DNA of 58,685 bases from a virus. Taxonomy: Duplodnaviria > Caudoviricetes. How positions within the stretch are numbered: position 1 is the stretch's first letter; the number at the start of each line of letters is the position of its first letter. The notes under the pieces were generated by a model. That model did not search any database. It was not told the DNA's origin and worked only from the letters and a program-made list of their open reading frames with translations. The stretch spans positions 1-58,685 of the IMG/VR virus record IMGVR_UViG_3300027749_004991. One strand, given 5' to 3'. Position numbers and translations under genes: made by a program. This document shows positions 27,755-37,438 of the stretch, piece after piece.

Positions 27755-28554
27755 TATCTTAAATCTATGTATTTGTGATTAGGGCTTTGAATCAATAGAT
27801 CAACTCCATTATACGGGTCGATTCTATTATTACCTTTCGTAGGTATTGCATTAATGATGTTCTTACCTTCGCTGAATAGGCTAGCCCAGAAGCTAAATGA
27901 ACCAACACTTAAAACAGAATTGTTATGCGAGGCAAGAAAGCAGATTGTCTCTCTTTCATTACCAGTAAAAATTTGAGCGTTATACTTTTTAATTAAAGGT
28001 AGTATATATTCACTATCTGTTGGTGTATCAGTACAAATAGTAAGTTTGTTAAAATTAATCATATCTAGTGCCTTATGATAATACTCTACAGGTAAAAGAT
28101 CGGGGTGATTAGTTTCTCTCAAATCACCCAACCTTATGTGTATAGCTGCGTGATCAGAAGGTATATCATAATTAATAAAATTGTACCAGTCCTTAATTTG
28201 TTCTTTATACGGTAAGAAGTATTTTTTTCTCTGAAAGAATCCTTCGAGTATAATTCTTCTAGGGGTAGGGTCATTACAGACCACCTCTAAATCAACATCT
28301 GGATGCGCCCATTCGAGCGTTTCTGTGTAATTATAATTGCTACTTGTCCCTATTCTCTGTACTGGATTCTCGTAATATGCATAACCCGGTTGATTATAAT
28401 TTAATTCAAATCCATTCATAGAGAATTCTCTATGATTTTGATCTATTCCGAATAATTTAAATTTTAACCTTTCGGATATAATTCGCCCGATCATGTGCTG
28501 ACACAACTGGTTTCCGTGTCTAGATCCGGAAATATGATTAACAATAACACTCAT
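27754..28554 (-). CDS. GT11 alpha-1,2-fucosyltransferase-like
   Basis: HGNQL.Q, LEGFFQ, AIHIRLGD, EYY..A, ICTD, SFSFWA. Confidence 0.85.
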   Translation of the reverse strand: MSVIVNHISGSRHGNQLCQHMIGRIISERLKFKLFGIDQNHREFSMNGFELNYNQPGYAYYENPVQRIGTSSNYNYTETLEWAHPDVDLEVVCNDPTPRRIILEGFFQRKKYFLPYKEQIKDWYNFINYDIPSDHAAIHIRLGDLRETNHPDLLPVEYYHKALDMINFNKLTICTDTPTDSEYILPLIKKYNAQIFTGNERETICFLASHNNSVLSVGSFSFWASLFSEGKNIINAIPTKGNNRIDPYNGVDLLIQSPNHKYIDLR

Positions 28555-28594
28555 AATATGATTTAGTTTTTAAATATAATAATGCAATTACTAA

Positions 28595-29449
28595 TTACCA
28601 GTAACACCCTCCTTCTATATTCTTATAAAATTGAGGCGTCTCTTCTATAGAAGGATATACCCATGAATCATTATAAAAATACTTGCCGATATTAGAGTTA
28701 TTCCATCTTTCGCCTTTTATACCGAATAGAATTTGCAGTGGACCTCCTAGGTGAATACCTTTCTTTCCGTTCTTTTTAGCGTGCGCTACAAGTGGAAGCG
28801 ATGTAGCACCTGCACCTACAAGCAAAACATCATACTGTATATTATCCATCTGCCTTTTTAAATCTGCTACCATCTCTAACCAACTAGCATACTCACTAGG
28901 TGTATCTATACCTGGTGAGTGCTGATGTTTTATTGTTATAAGTTCAAAATCTGGTAGAATGCGCTTATCGTCCCATATCTTATCACGTTTAGTATACTGC
29001 GACTTTATTGTCTCGATAAAAGGCGAAATAACTAATACACATTTACCCTTTAAATGCTCCGTCCATGGTGAACCTGAATAAAAAGGCTCTAAGCTTTGAA
29101 GGTCAATTAGTACACTTTTATTATTATAGCTTTTAATTATATTATATTCAAAATCTCTATTAAAAGACGACCACAACGGTAACGAGTCTATGTAAGGCAG
29201 ACTGTTAGAGATTTCTTTAATAAAGTCTACTCTAGATTTTTCTGTCTGCGGAAAAACTCCTGCATTTTCATATATCTCTTTCTCTACCACTGACCACCAC
29301 TTAACTGGTAATCCCTTAGATGTATATTCATAATAATTACTGATACACATTAATTCACAATTTCCAATCTTCCCACAGGCGAATGGAGCATCAGTTTTAA
29401 ATTGTTCATTTAAATAAAAACTACCATCAACGAAATTTATGTTACTCAT
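28595..29449 (-). CDS. Glycan-locus protein, possible GT-D-like transferase
   Basis: LEPFY...PW...LKGK.VLVISPF, YDVLLVGAG, IHLGG.LQILFGIKG.RW, EGGCYW, a pattern seen in polysaccharide loci. Confidence 0.55.
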   Translation of the reverse strand: MSNINFVDGSFYLNEQFKTDAPFACGKIGNCELMCISNYYEYTSKGLPVKWWSVVEKEIYENAGVFPQTEKSRVDFIKEISNSLPYIDSLPLWSSFNRDFEYNIIKSYNNKSVLIDLQSLEPFYSGSPWTEHLKGKCVLVISPFIETIKSQYTKRDKIWDDKRILPDFELITIKHQHSPGIDTPSEYASWLEMVADLKRQMDNIQYDVLLVGAGATSLPLVAHAKKNGKKGIHLGGPLQILFGIKGERWNNSNIGKYFYNDSWVYPSIEETPQFYKNIEGGCYW

Positions 29450-29454
29450 AATTA

Positions 29455-30300
29455 TTAAGCTTGTAAAATTTGTAATATACGAGTTGACATACCGTTCATA
29501 GTAAAATATTTGTTATACACACGTTTACCATTTTGAAGCATTTCTTCATATTGTTGATCGGTTATACTTTCTAAAATAGTCTTTAGCTTGTCAATGTTAT
29601 CTATATGCAGAGTAACACAAAAACTATTCCAATCAATTACATCATTAAATGGAAACCATTCTTTATCGTAAATAACTACAGGTACAGTGTTTAACTGTAA
29701 CACTTCATATAATCTAAAACTCTGCGCCCCGTAACCTCTAGGACATAGAGAAAATTTTGAACGTTTAGTTATATCTATAAAAGTATTAAAGCTATCTTCG
29801 CTAACTGTACTCGTCCAGTTCTTGCCCAAAATTAAGAAAGAACTATCATTTGAGTATCGGTTATATATTTCGGTTCTGATACTATGTGTAATAGAACCTA
29901 CAAATGAACAGAATATATCTTTTTGTACGAGTTGTGTTTTTTGCTCATCAATTGGAGAACATATTAACGGTATAGGTATACCGTTTCCATTACCACCAGC
30001 TTCAAAACTTAAAGTACCTATCGGTAATTGCTCTTTTACCGCATCATCATGTTGCGATACAGTAAAATATTTGCCTACAGGAAGTGAGTCTAAGTAAGGT
30101 TGAACTAAATTAACATTTTTATTTGTAATATACACATTAGTCCAAAAGATAGGTATTAGAGTGTATCCTGTCTTATCAAATTCATTTTTATGCTCCTTAT
30201 AAAAACTATAAAAATGTTCTTCCAGATAATTACCTGTATGGTATGGTGGATATACTGGATAATCTGCTGGTGGTCTTAGATTTTTAAAATCAATGATCAT
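29455..30300 (-). CDS. Exostosin-like glycosyltransferase (GT47)
   Basis: FVGS..H.IR, SKFSLCPRGYG..SFRLYE.L....VPV, PFNDVIDW. Confidence 0.85.
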   Translation of the reverse strand: MIIDFKNLRPPADYPVYPPYHTGNYLEEHFYSFYKEHKNEFDKTGYTLIPIFWTNVYITNKNVNLVQPYLDSLPVGKYFTVSQHDDAVKEQLPIGTLSFEAGGNGNGIPIPLICSPIDEQKTQLVQKDIFCSFVGSITHSIRTEIYNRYSNDSSFLILGKNWTSTVSEDSFNTFIDITKRSKFSLCPRGYGAQSFRLYEVLQLNTVPVVIYDKEWFPFNDVIDWNSFCVTLHIDNIDKLKTILESITDQQYEEMLQNGKRVYNKYFTMNGMSTRILQILQA

Positions 30301-30989
30301 GAGAGCTTATTACGTACAATATTAAGTAATTTTAGTTTATTGTCAATACCAGCTGTCCAGTTAGCATGGTGAATAACTATATCTTCTGGCACATCAAAAT
30401 CAGGTGCATCAGGTGTCCAGCTTCCTCTATATGGGTCTGGTCCAGTTGTTGGTATTGCAGCAATATGACCATACGTCCAGTATTTTGCAGGTAAAAAAGC
30501 CCAATCTATAGCTATTGCTGGATAACGTGCAGAGTTAGTTAGTAGGTGGTTTGCAAGCACTTGCTCTTGACTAAAGGAATCTAAATTACCTAGCACAGTC
30601 TTAAAGAAGGATCGAATTTTTTGTGTATTTTTAACAGCGAAAAACCCTGTGTTAACACCGCCAAATACATCGTTTTGAAATATAGCTTCTTTATTAGCTA
30701 AGCCGCTAATAATATCATCGTAAAAATCACCGAAAAATTGAATATCAGGATCTATAAACATAAAGATCTCTTCATCTGAACATTGATTAATACCTTCAAT
30801 AAAGCAATTAACTTTATCACGCATTGTATCATGCCAACCATCTGTTTCAAAACTAGCTGTTTTACATTTTTGAGGTCTATGTAAGATAGTTAATTCTATT
30901 TCTTCACGATATGGAAACGTCGGTATGAAATAATCTGTTAAAAACTTTTTATGTGAATCTGTAAATAATGTATAAGCTTTAATTTTCAT
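30297..30989 (-). CDS. Nucleotide-diphospho-sugar transferase (GT77-like)
   Basis: FIDPDIQF, FQND, VNTGFF, QEQ..AN, HHANW..G..NK. Confidence 0.75.
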   Translation of the reverse strand: MKIKAYTLFTDSHKKFLTDYFIPTFPYREEIELTILHRPQKCKTASFETDGWHDTMRDKVNCFIEGINQCSDEEIFMFIDPDIQFFGDFYDDIISGLANKEAIFQNDVFGGVNTGFFAVKNTQKIRSFFKTVLGNLDSFSQEQVLANHLLTNSARYPAIAIDWAFLPAKYWTYGHIAAIPTTGPDPYRGSWTPDAPDFDVPEDIVIHHANWTAGIDNKLKLLNIVRNKLS

Positions 30990-32401
30990 TTTAGATTAAA
31001 TTGTTTATGTTGTCGTTCTATGAACGTCTGTTTATCTATACCTTCGTATGTTTCGTTTTGTATATACGTTTCATCCATTTCACTGTTTAATACTGAATGA
31101 TGTTCGTGTTTAATAATAACTTGATCAAAATACTTTTGTCTGTTTAACAAGTTACCAACCATTGTAAATTCCATATCACACCATAACGATTTGTACTCAG
31201 GATGATAAATGTACCCAAACCTATTATAATATGATCTACCTAGAATGCAAAGAGTGTTAAGTCTATTTTGTTGGACACCGTCATTAAACCATACAATACC
31301 ATCGAAATCTGGAAAAGTATCACACATCGACTTTATTATAATATCGTCATACCCACGTACAACAGGAACCATATCATCCGACGCTAGCAATAATATCTGA
31401 AAATCTTGTTTATTTACGTTTGAGTTTATTGCTTCTATCTTAGTTCTACTATTACCATATTCTACTTCTAGGTTTTGATAACCTTTGAACTTTTCGCGAA
31501 CTTGAGTATTGTTCATAGTGACATCATCAACATCACAAGTTACAAAGAACTTTACTTTACGTTTACCTGATAGTAAATAGTAGTATTTGTCTAATGTGTT
31601 AAAAAATTTATCAGGTCTACCTCTCGTTGGGAATTTAATTAAGAATGTTGGTTCTTCATAGATAAATTTGTTGGATACTTTTACATCTTTATACTGCTGT
31701 TTAAGTTGTAAAAATGAATTATACTTTTGATCGTATGCATGAACAAACGCAGCATTATTATGTGTACCTCCAAAATCTATCCCAGTATCTTCTTTCGTAC
31801 TATCGAATTTGTTTTTATACCAACTCATTCCTTCAAGATGAATGTAATACTTACCGCTTAAGTCTACGTTACCTATTTTCAGACCAGCTTGTTTGACATC
31901 TGCTAAGAATGTAGAACCGATATCATATATCTTATCGGTCTTAAAGCTTTCTAACATTCTCTCTTTATCAAAGAAAATAATTCCATGCTGCTTTATCTTT
32001 TCAACATCTATAAAGCAATGCCACGGGTTAACTCTATTATAGATATGTTTACCTCCCCGATCACCTTCGACCTTACCCATTAAGGTCAGTCCCGTATCTT
32101 TGAATTGCTGAAAAACATCACTATGATCTCGCAAGAAAATAACATCAGTATCAACAAGAAGTGCATATTTTGTTTTGCATAACTCAAGTGCTTTATTCAC
32201 ACCATCACCATGACTTATACCTGGTAAAGATACATACGGAATCTTATGATCATATAATAGATTTTTTGTATCACTATTAGTTGAGTTTTCACAAACAACT
32301 AACCTTTGTGTTTTATTGTGAACATGCATCCACGACTTTAACATTGTTAATGTTATGTCTGGGGTATTGTATGAGCAAGTAATTAATGTTAGATCTTCCA
32401 T
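30986..32401 (-). CDS. Two-domain glycosyltransferase (GT2-like plus second GT-A domain)
   Basis: Domain 1 TCSYN, CENS, LVDTDV; domain 2 KFPTRGRP, KIEAIN, LASDDM, WCDMEF, HEH. Confidence 0.8.
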   Translation of the reverse strand: MEDLTLITCSYNTPDITLTMLKSWMHVHNKTQRLVVCENSTNSDTKNLLYDHKIPYVSLPGISHGDGVNKALELCKTKYALLVDTDVIFLRDHSDVFQQFKDTGLTLMGKVEGDRGGKHIYNRVNPWHCFIDVEKIKQHGIIFFDKERMLESFKTDKIYDIGSTFLADVKQAGLKIGNVDLSGKYYIHLEGMSWYKNKFDSTKEDTGIDFGGTHNNAAFVHAYDQKYNSFLQLKQQYKDVKVSNKFIYEEPTFLIKFPTRGRPDKFFNTLDKYYYLLSGKRKVKFFVTCDVDDVTMNNTQVREKFKGYQNLEVEYGNSRTKIEAINSNVNKQDFQILLLASDDMVPVVRGYDDIIIKSMCDTFPDFDGIVWFNDGVQQNRLNTLCILGRSYYNRFGYIYHPEYKSLWCDMEFTMVGNLLNRQKYFDQVIIKHEHHSVLNSEMDETYIQNETYEGIDKQTFIERQHKQFNLK

Positions 32402-33225
32402 TTTTGTTTAATGTGTTTGAGATTAGTAATTACATCTTCCTTTGAAGTGTGTGGTGTCATGTTTGGGTATACACCATGAATATTTTTATACAACTCTCTA
32501 CCAGTAGTGATATTAGCTAGCCATTGTTGTTTATTTTGAGATGTAGAACTATTTTTAATAGCATCTTCCTGTACATGAATATAATCTACACTGTTAGCAA
32601 TATCTGCAAACCACCAAAACGGTGGATGCCCTTTTTCGAGAATGATTCTATATGTATGCTCAACATGCTCCCAAGCATTTATAAAATCCTCATTGTTCAA
32701 TCCAACAGTGCTGAGTATCTTTTTTGTAAAGAAGCTAAATAAACCTGCGCAGTGTTCATATAGGTCGATAACAACAGTATCGTAATCAATAGTCAACTTA
32801 GGTGCTGGTGTTGAAATATTCGATAATTGATCTCTGTTATGTAAGTCAAAATTTTGTATTAATTGTTTACGGTTAAACGGAGAACCCGGACCAAAATTAA
32901 AGTGCTGTATACCGCTTACTTTACTAGCTTGAATATACTTATCAAACACAGCGTCATCGAGGATAACTACATCATCTTCAATAATAAAAATGTAATCACA
33001 CCCTTTATCAAGTAGGCATTGCATAGCTTTATTCTTTGACTTACCAACACCTAGATTAGTTTCATTATGTTGGATATAATAGTTATATCCTTCACATTCA
33101 ATCGGATCTCCATCGTTAATAATAACTAGTTCAGCCCAGTTACAACCTTTAATACTATCTAATAAAGCTCTAAGATAATCAGGTCTATTGTAAGTAACAA
33201 TACCTATTCCGACTTTTTCTTCCAT
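32389..33225 (-). CDS. Glycosyltransferase family 2
   Basis: GIVTYNRP, IINDG, NLGVGKSKN, IIEDD, WEHVEHTYR. Confidence 0.88.
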   Translation of the reverse strand: MEEKVGIGIVTYNRPDYLRALLDSIKGCNWAELVIINDGDPIECEGYNYYIQHNETNLGVGKSKNKAMQCLLDKGCDYIFIIEDDVVILDDAVFDKYIQASKVSGIQHFNFGPGSPFNRKQLIQNFDLHNRDQLSNISTPAPKLTIDYDTVVIDLYEHCAGLFSFFTKKILSTVGLNNEDFINAWEHVEHTYRIILEKGHPPFWWFADIANSVDYIHVQEDAIKNSSTSQNKQQWLANITTGRELYKNIHGVYPNMTPHTSKEDVITNLKHIKQKWKI

Positions 33226-33259
33226 ATACTCTAATTTATTTACAACCTACTGAAAAAAC

Positions 33260-33994
33260 TCAACTACCAAGACCGAACTTTTTCCAAAGTTCCTTTTCTT
33301 TTTCTTCTTGGTCGAGAGCTGCTTTTTGATACTTGACAAGAGCTTCAAGTTCGTCTAGTTTCTCAGGATTGAAGATAGAGTGCTCGTCTCCATATAGATC
33401 ACCGCTTGGGTCAATGTACTCTGAAATAGTATCAATACGTTGTTTTATACTTGTTGGTAGTTTGATTACTCCCGGCGAATCATCCTTAGGGAAGAAAATA
33501 TCTGCATCATAATTTTGAGTATATTGCTCAAATAAAGCATTAAAAATATTGTCAACTTCGACAATATAAGTTGGATCTGTATCACGCATACCGTCATTCT
33601 CAATAGTAATAGACTTATCGTAATTCAGCAAGAATATAATGTCAATGTGTCTCAATGATTCTTTGACAATCTTAATACACTTATCAACAAACTCTTTGTC
33701 AAATCCCTCTATAGATTTGCTATGTGCCCAAAGAGTATACGCGAGATTGTCAAGCGGACACCGGTCGAAAATTATATTGTCCTTTTTCGATGTTTTTTGT
33801 AGCTGGTCAACCATAAAATTCAACACTTCCCACTGAGTCTCAGTTGAGGTTTTAGAAGAGTGTTGGAGGTTCTTTTCCGTAAGAACATCTCTGTATGTCT
33901 TTTCGGGTGTAGTATATTTCAACCACACTGCTAAAAAATTCTTTACTAGAGTAGACTTCCCAGTATTAGATGTACCTGATATTGCGATTCGCAT
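33260..33994 (-). CDS. Second P-loop nucleotide kinase-like protein (NadR/AAA_28 type)
   Basis: GTSNTGKST, IFDRCPLD, DGMR. Confidence 0.75.
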   Translation of the reverse strand: MRIAISGTSNTGKSTLVKNFLAVWLKYTTPEKTYRDVLTEKNLQHSSKTSTETQWEVLNFMVDQLQKTSKKDNIIFDRCPLDNLAYTLWAHSKSIEGFDKEFVDKCIKIVKESLRHIDIIFLLNYDKSITIENDGMRDTDPTYIVEVDNIFNALFEQYTQNYDADIFFPKDDSPGVIKLPTSIKQRIDTISEYIDPSGDLYGDEHSIFNPEKLDELEALVKYQKAALDQEEKEKELWKKFGLGS

Positions 33995-34013
33995 ATCTAA
34001 TATATAGACTAGG

Positions 34014-34616
34014 TTATAGATTTTTCAAGAAGATAGACCACTCATCTTTGAAAGTATCGAAGATCATTCCGTTGTCTGGCTTGTAAGGCTTATATCTTAA
34101 TTTTAATTTAGCTTCAGCAAGAGTCTGGCTACCTTTTTTTGAATTAAGAAGTCTATCACAAGTTACGAGATTTTCCCAAGTATCAGTACCACCTTTACTA
34201 CGAGGGATGACGTGATCGATACTTAGAGCCTCCTTTGTTAACTTCTGACCTGTATACACACAAGTGAAATTATCTCTTTTGTAGATGTTATGCTTAGTTG
34301 GAAACTGAACTCTCGAAAAAATAATCTTATCGTAATTAGAGCATACAACAACTTCTGGAATTCTTACCGGTCCACGAGCTGTCTGAAGGAAGTTATCATA
34401 TGATCTGATTGGTAACTTAAGCCATTCTTTAGCACCTTTCACAGCAGAGAAATATTCAACAGATTCAAAATTAGTACTACCATTACTGTCAACTTCGTAG
34501 GAAATATCAAGTGGAGTCACAGAACCAGAGAAAATATTACCGAAGGTTTTTTCGATACCTTCTACCCCAATAGGAAAATAACATTTGTTGAGTACGAGTA
34601 TTTTATGAACCTTCAC
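34014..34616 (-). CDS. HNH endonuclease (McrA-like)
   Basis: LVLN, RDNFTCVYTG, SIDHVIPRSKGG..TWENLVTC...NSKKG. Confidence 0.9.
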   Translation of the reverse strand: MKVHKILVLNKCYFPIGVEGIEKTFGNIFSGSVTPLDISYEVDSNGSTNFESVEYFSAVKGAKEWLKLPIRSYDNFLQTARGPVRIPEVVVCSNYDKIIFSRVQFPTKHNIYKRDNFTCVYTGQKLTKEALSIDHVIPRSKGGTDTWENLVTCDRLLNSKKGSQTLAEAKLKLRYKPYKPDNGMIFDTFKDEWSIFLKNL

Positions 34617-34642
34617 GATACGAGTGTATCAAAGTTCCTTTA

Positions 34643-34996
34643 TTACGACTGCTGTAATCGATAAATAAGGTGATTGAATTCCCCTTCAATATCAGCTGCA
34701 ACATTTTGCAGATCTTTATAATTTTGAGAAATATTATTTAAATATTCAACAACAGTTTTTTTCATTTCTATATAGCGTTCAATTAATTTACCGCTATACG
34801 AATCTGACTTAACTGTGTAAAGTACTTTGTCGGTTGCGATGCCTGTACGGCCATAGAATAACTCAACAAATTTATCAAACAACTCGTCAAGTTCTTCATA
34901 CGCTTTACCTAAAGCTTTATGTTCAGCGTGAGATTTTGTCTGCCAATGATCAATCTTTAGTTGGTTAAGAACTGTAAATATAACGCTCAATTTCAT
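34643..34996 (-). CDS. Dps/ferritin-like protein (DUF5856-like)
   Basis: HWQT.SHAEHKALG..Y......DKFVE...G, N...Y.L. Confidence 0.75.
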   Translation of the reverse strand: MKLSVIFTVLNQLKIDHWQTKSHAEHKALGKAYEELDELFDKFVELFYGRTGIATDKVLYTVKSDSYSGKLIERYIEMKKTVVEYLNNISQNYKDLQNVAADIEGEFNHLIYRLQQS

Positions 34997-34999
34997 ATT

Positions 35000-35629
35000 T
35001 TATACATTATTTATATTAGTCACATAATAATCATCAGTTTCTTGTTTAACAGCGCCCTCAACTGAGTATATAGTTTTATCTATTTTGTAACCAGGATTAG
35101 ACTGAATACGCTTATATGTCCATGCCTTATCAAACCATATTATTCGATTGTTTGGATATGCAAAATAATTACCTTCATCCATTTTAAAAACATGAGCGCA
35201 TTTATGCTCAAATGTTTCAGCAAATGAAACATCTAACATTGCTGCTTTATTTTCAAATCCCCAATCGATAGTGAACATATATTCACCTTCTAGTTTTTCT
35301 AGCGATGAGGTTATCAGCTGCGCCCGTAGCCCTGAGAGCCTGCTTCTGACCCCAACGTCTACATAGTCGGAAAAAGAATCCCAGTAAATATGGTCTATTA
35401 ATTTACGTTTGGGAGCTGAAGGTCTCCAGCAGAAGGCGTGTATGGGTCGTCGAGTCCAATTTACACCGTTTTCGAGAAATGCCTCAAATAGAGGAGTTAA
35501 GCCTTGCATGGACGCAAGGCTATGGACATCGCAATTGGTAAATTCACCAAAGCCCTTTTCGTGGTTATACAGAAATTCATTCCGTATAAAACACCGCATT
35601 ACAGGGATATTATGATTGAGATATGGCAT
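35000..35629 (-). CDS. Conserved hypothetical phage protein
   Basis: MPYLNHNIP..C.IR.EFL, R.PIHAF, WD.FS, GEY.FTIDW, EHKC.H, GN..AYPNNR; looks like a widespread aquatic-phage family. Confidence 0.65.
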   Translation of the reverse strand: MPYLNHNIPVMRCFIRNEFLYNHEKGFGEFTNCDVHSLASMQGLTPLFEAFLENGVNWTRRPIHAFCWRPSAPKRKLIDHIYWDSFSDYVDVGVRSRLSGLRAQLITSSLEKLEGEYMFTIDWGFENKAAMLDVSFAETFEHKCAHVFKMDEGNYFAYPNNRIIWFDKAWTYKRIQSNPGYKIDKTIYSVEGAVKQETDDYYVTNINNV

Positions 35630-35644
35630 AATAATATGGCTTTT

Positions 35645-35667
35645 TGGTTGGAAGGGTGAGACTTGAA
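35645..35667 (-). pseudogene. tRNA 3'-end fragment (T-loop to CCA)
   Basis: Minus strand TTCAAGT CTCAC CCTTCCA A CCA = 7+5+7+1+3 tRNA geometry; no 5' half upstream. Confidence 0.6.
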
Positions 35668-35693
35668 AGGAATTAGGCTAATATAGTTAAGCA

Positions 35694-36452
35694 TCAAACT
35701 TTTAGTGCGAGATCCCAGACTAATAGATGGAGTCTCGGTGAAAATTTAACGTTAAGAGCTTTAGCATACTCAGCTACAGCAGGCGCAGCCACAACATGTT
35801 CAGCACGAGAACCGCAGCAAGGCATAAACCAAATACGATCTGTAGAAATATTAATATCATTTTTACTATTCACATACTTACGCCAGATCTCTTCAATATC
35901 TTCAGCTCGGCTAATGACAAACTTAAATCCAGAGCCATGCGCTTTATGCCACTTAAGTACTTCTGGTTTGTAAGTCTTTTCTTCTGGATCACCATTTGTA
36001 GTTAACTTAGGTGAAGTAGTAAATGTAGCATTAAATTCATTCACCCACTCACTATCAGGCATGATTGTTGCGTTAGTTTCGAAATCAATCTTTGGTAAAA
36101 AATTGTATTTACTTACAAATGCTCTAACAAGCTTAACCAATTGCTTTTGCTGAATTAGAGGTTCGCCACCTGTAATTTTCCAAATAGCACCATCTTTCAG
36201 CTTAGTGACATAGTTATTCTCTTCAAGGAAGCTAAAGACTTCGTTGAATGTCATCTTATTCTTAATAGACCAAGAGATAAAGGAGTCACAACCGTGTGGT
36301 GAATCCTCTGAAGCGAAATTAGCACAAGTAAGGTTACACATTGATAGTCTCATAAACACTGAAGGGTAACCAATATACTCACCTTCACCTTCTAGAGTAT
36401 AGAACACTTTATCGTCACTCAGGAAAATTGTTTCTTTATCACAGTCAATCAT
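35694..36452 (-). CDS. queE: 7-carboxy-7-deazaguanine synthase (radical SAM)
   Basis: FYTLEGEG..IG.PSVFMR..CNLTC...CDS, ITGGEPL, ETN, SPKL, FKFV, FSPRLH. Confidence 0.92.
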   Translation of the reverse strand: MIDCDKETIFLSDDKVFYTLEGEGEYIGYPSVFMRLSMCNLTCANFASEDSPHGCDSFISWSIKNKMTFNEVFSFLEENNYVTKLKDGAIWKITGGEPLIQQKQLVKLVRAFVSKYNFLPKIDFETNATIMPDSEWVNEFNATFTTSPKLTTNGDPEEKTYKPEVLKWHKAHGSGFKFVISRAEDIEEIWRKYVNSKNDINISTDRIWFMPCCGSRAEHVVAAPAVAEYAKALNVKFSPRLHLLVWDLALKV

Positions 36453-36512
36453 GAAAATATTTTAATATCATTTAGTGAGATAATCAAGTAGTTTTACTAT
36501 AAATATTAGTGT

Positions 36513-37259
36513 ATGCCTCGTCAAGAAGCGCGCAAGCGCAAAACTGCAGGTTTGAGTGAAGCAATAGAAATTGAAGCTTCACTTCAAAAAAACTGGCTTT
36601 TTAATTTCAAGATTAAAAAGCCCTTCCACTTCAACGATAATCATAAGCGTTTTTATGAGTGTATAAAAGCTGATGATACAAATATGGTCCTAATTGATGG
36701 TCCTGCAGGTTGCGCTAAGACGTATATAGCTGTCTTAGCTGCACTTGAAATGTTGAAAGAAGACAAAACAAAAAGCATAACGTATATTAGATCAGTAATT
36801 GAGTCTGCGTCAAGAAGCATCGGTGCTCTACCGGGTGAAGTGGGTGATAAATTTCTTCCTTATGCTATGCCTCTTATCGAAAAAGTAAAAGAGGTTACTG
36901 ATGACAGCACTTGTAATTTTTTACAATCAAATAATATCATACAAGCTATACCTGTTAACTTTGTTAGAGGTCTATCATTTAATGATACAATTGTTATCGT
37001 CGATGAAGCACAAAACTTAACAGGAGGTGAAATTACTACTATCTTAACAAGATTTGGTAAGAACACTAAGTATGTAGTTTGCGGTGACTTAAATCAAACA
37101 GATATTGGCAAAGCTTCAGGCTATAAAGATATCTTTAATAAATTCAAAGACGAGCGTTGTATTGATCACAAAATTTACACCTTTAAGTTTGGTGAGAATG
37201 AAATCGTTAGAAGTAAAATTCTAAGATTTATTGTTGATATTCTTGATGCAAAGCGTTAA
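36513..37259 (+). CDS. phoH: PhoH-like ATPase
   Basis: GPAGCAKTY, IGALPG...DK, FVRG.SF, VDEAQN, LTRFG, GD..Q.D, IVRS. Confidence 0.92.
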   Translation: MPRQEARKRKTAGLSEAIEIEASLQKNWLFNFKIKKPFHFNDNHKRFYECIKADDTNMVLIDGPAGCAKTYIAVLAALEMLKEDKTKSITYIRSVIESASRSIGALPGEVGDKFLPYAMPLIEKVKEVTDDSTCNFLQSNNIIQAIPVNFVRGLSFNDTIVIVDEAQNLTGGEITTILTRFGKNTKYVVCGDLNQTDIGKASGYKDIFNKFKDERCIDHKIYTFKFGENEIVRSKILRFIVDILDAKR

Positions 37260-37437
37260 GTTTCTCTAATTCAATTAACTCTTTAATAGCTGCTTCTAGA
37301 TCAACCTCTTGAATGACATACTCAGGAGGTTTTTCTTTTATTTCTAAAACAGGAAGAACAGAGCGTATCTGATTGAATACGCTCTGTTCTAATTGTGTCA
37401 ATTGTTCATCACGGGTTATGTGAACACCTGATCTCAT
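37228..37437 (-). CDS. Hypothetical protein
   Basis: 69 aa ORF from ATG 37437 right after the queD stop; overlaps phoH 3' end convergently. Confidence 0.45.
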   Translation of the reverse strand: MRSGVHITRDEQLTQLEQSVFNQIRSVLPVLEIKEKPPEYVIQEVDLEAAIKELIELEKLNALHQEYQQ

Positions 37438-37438
37438 A

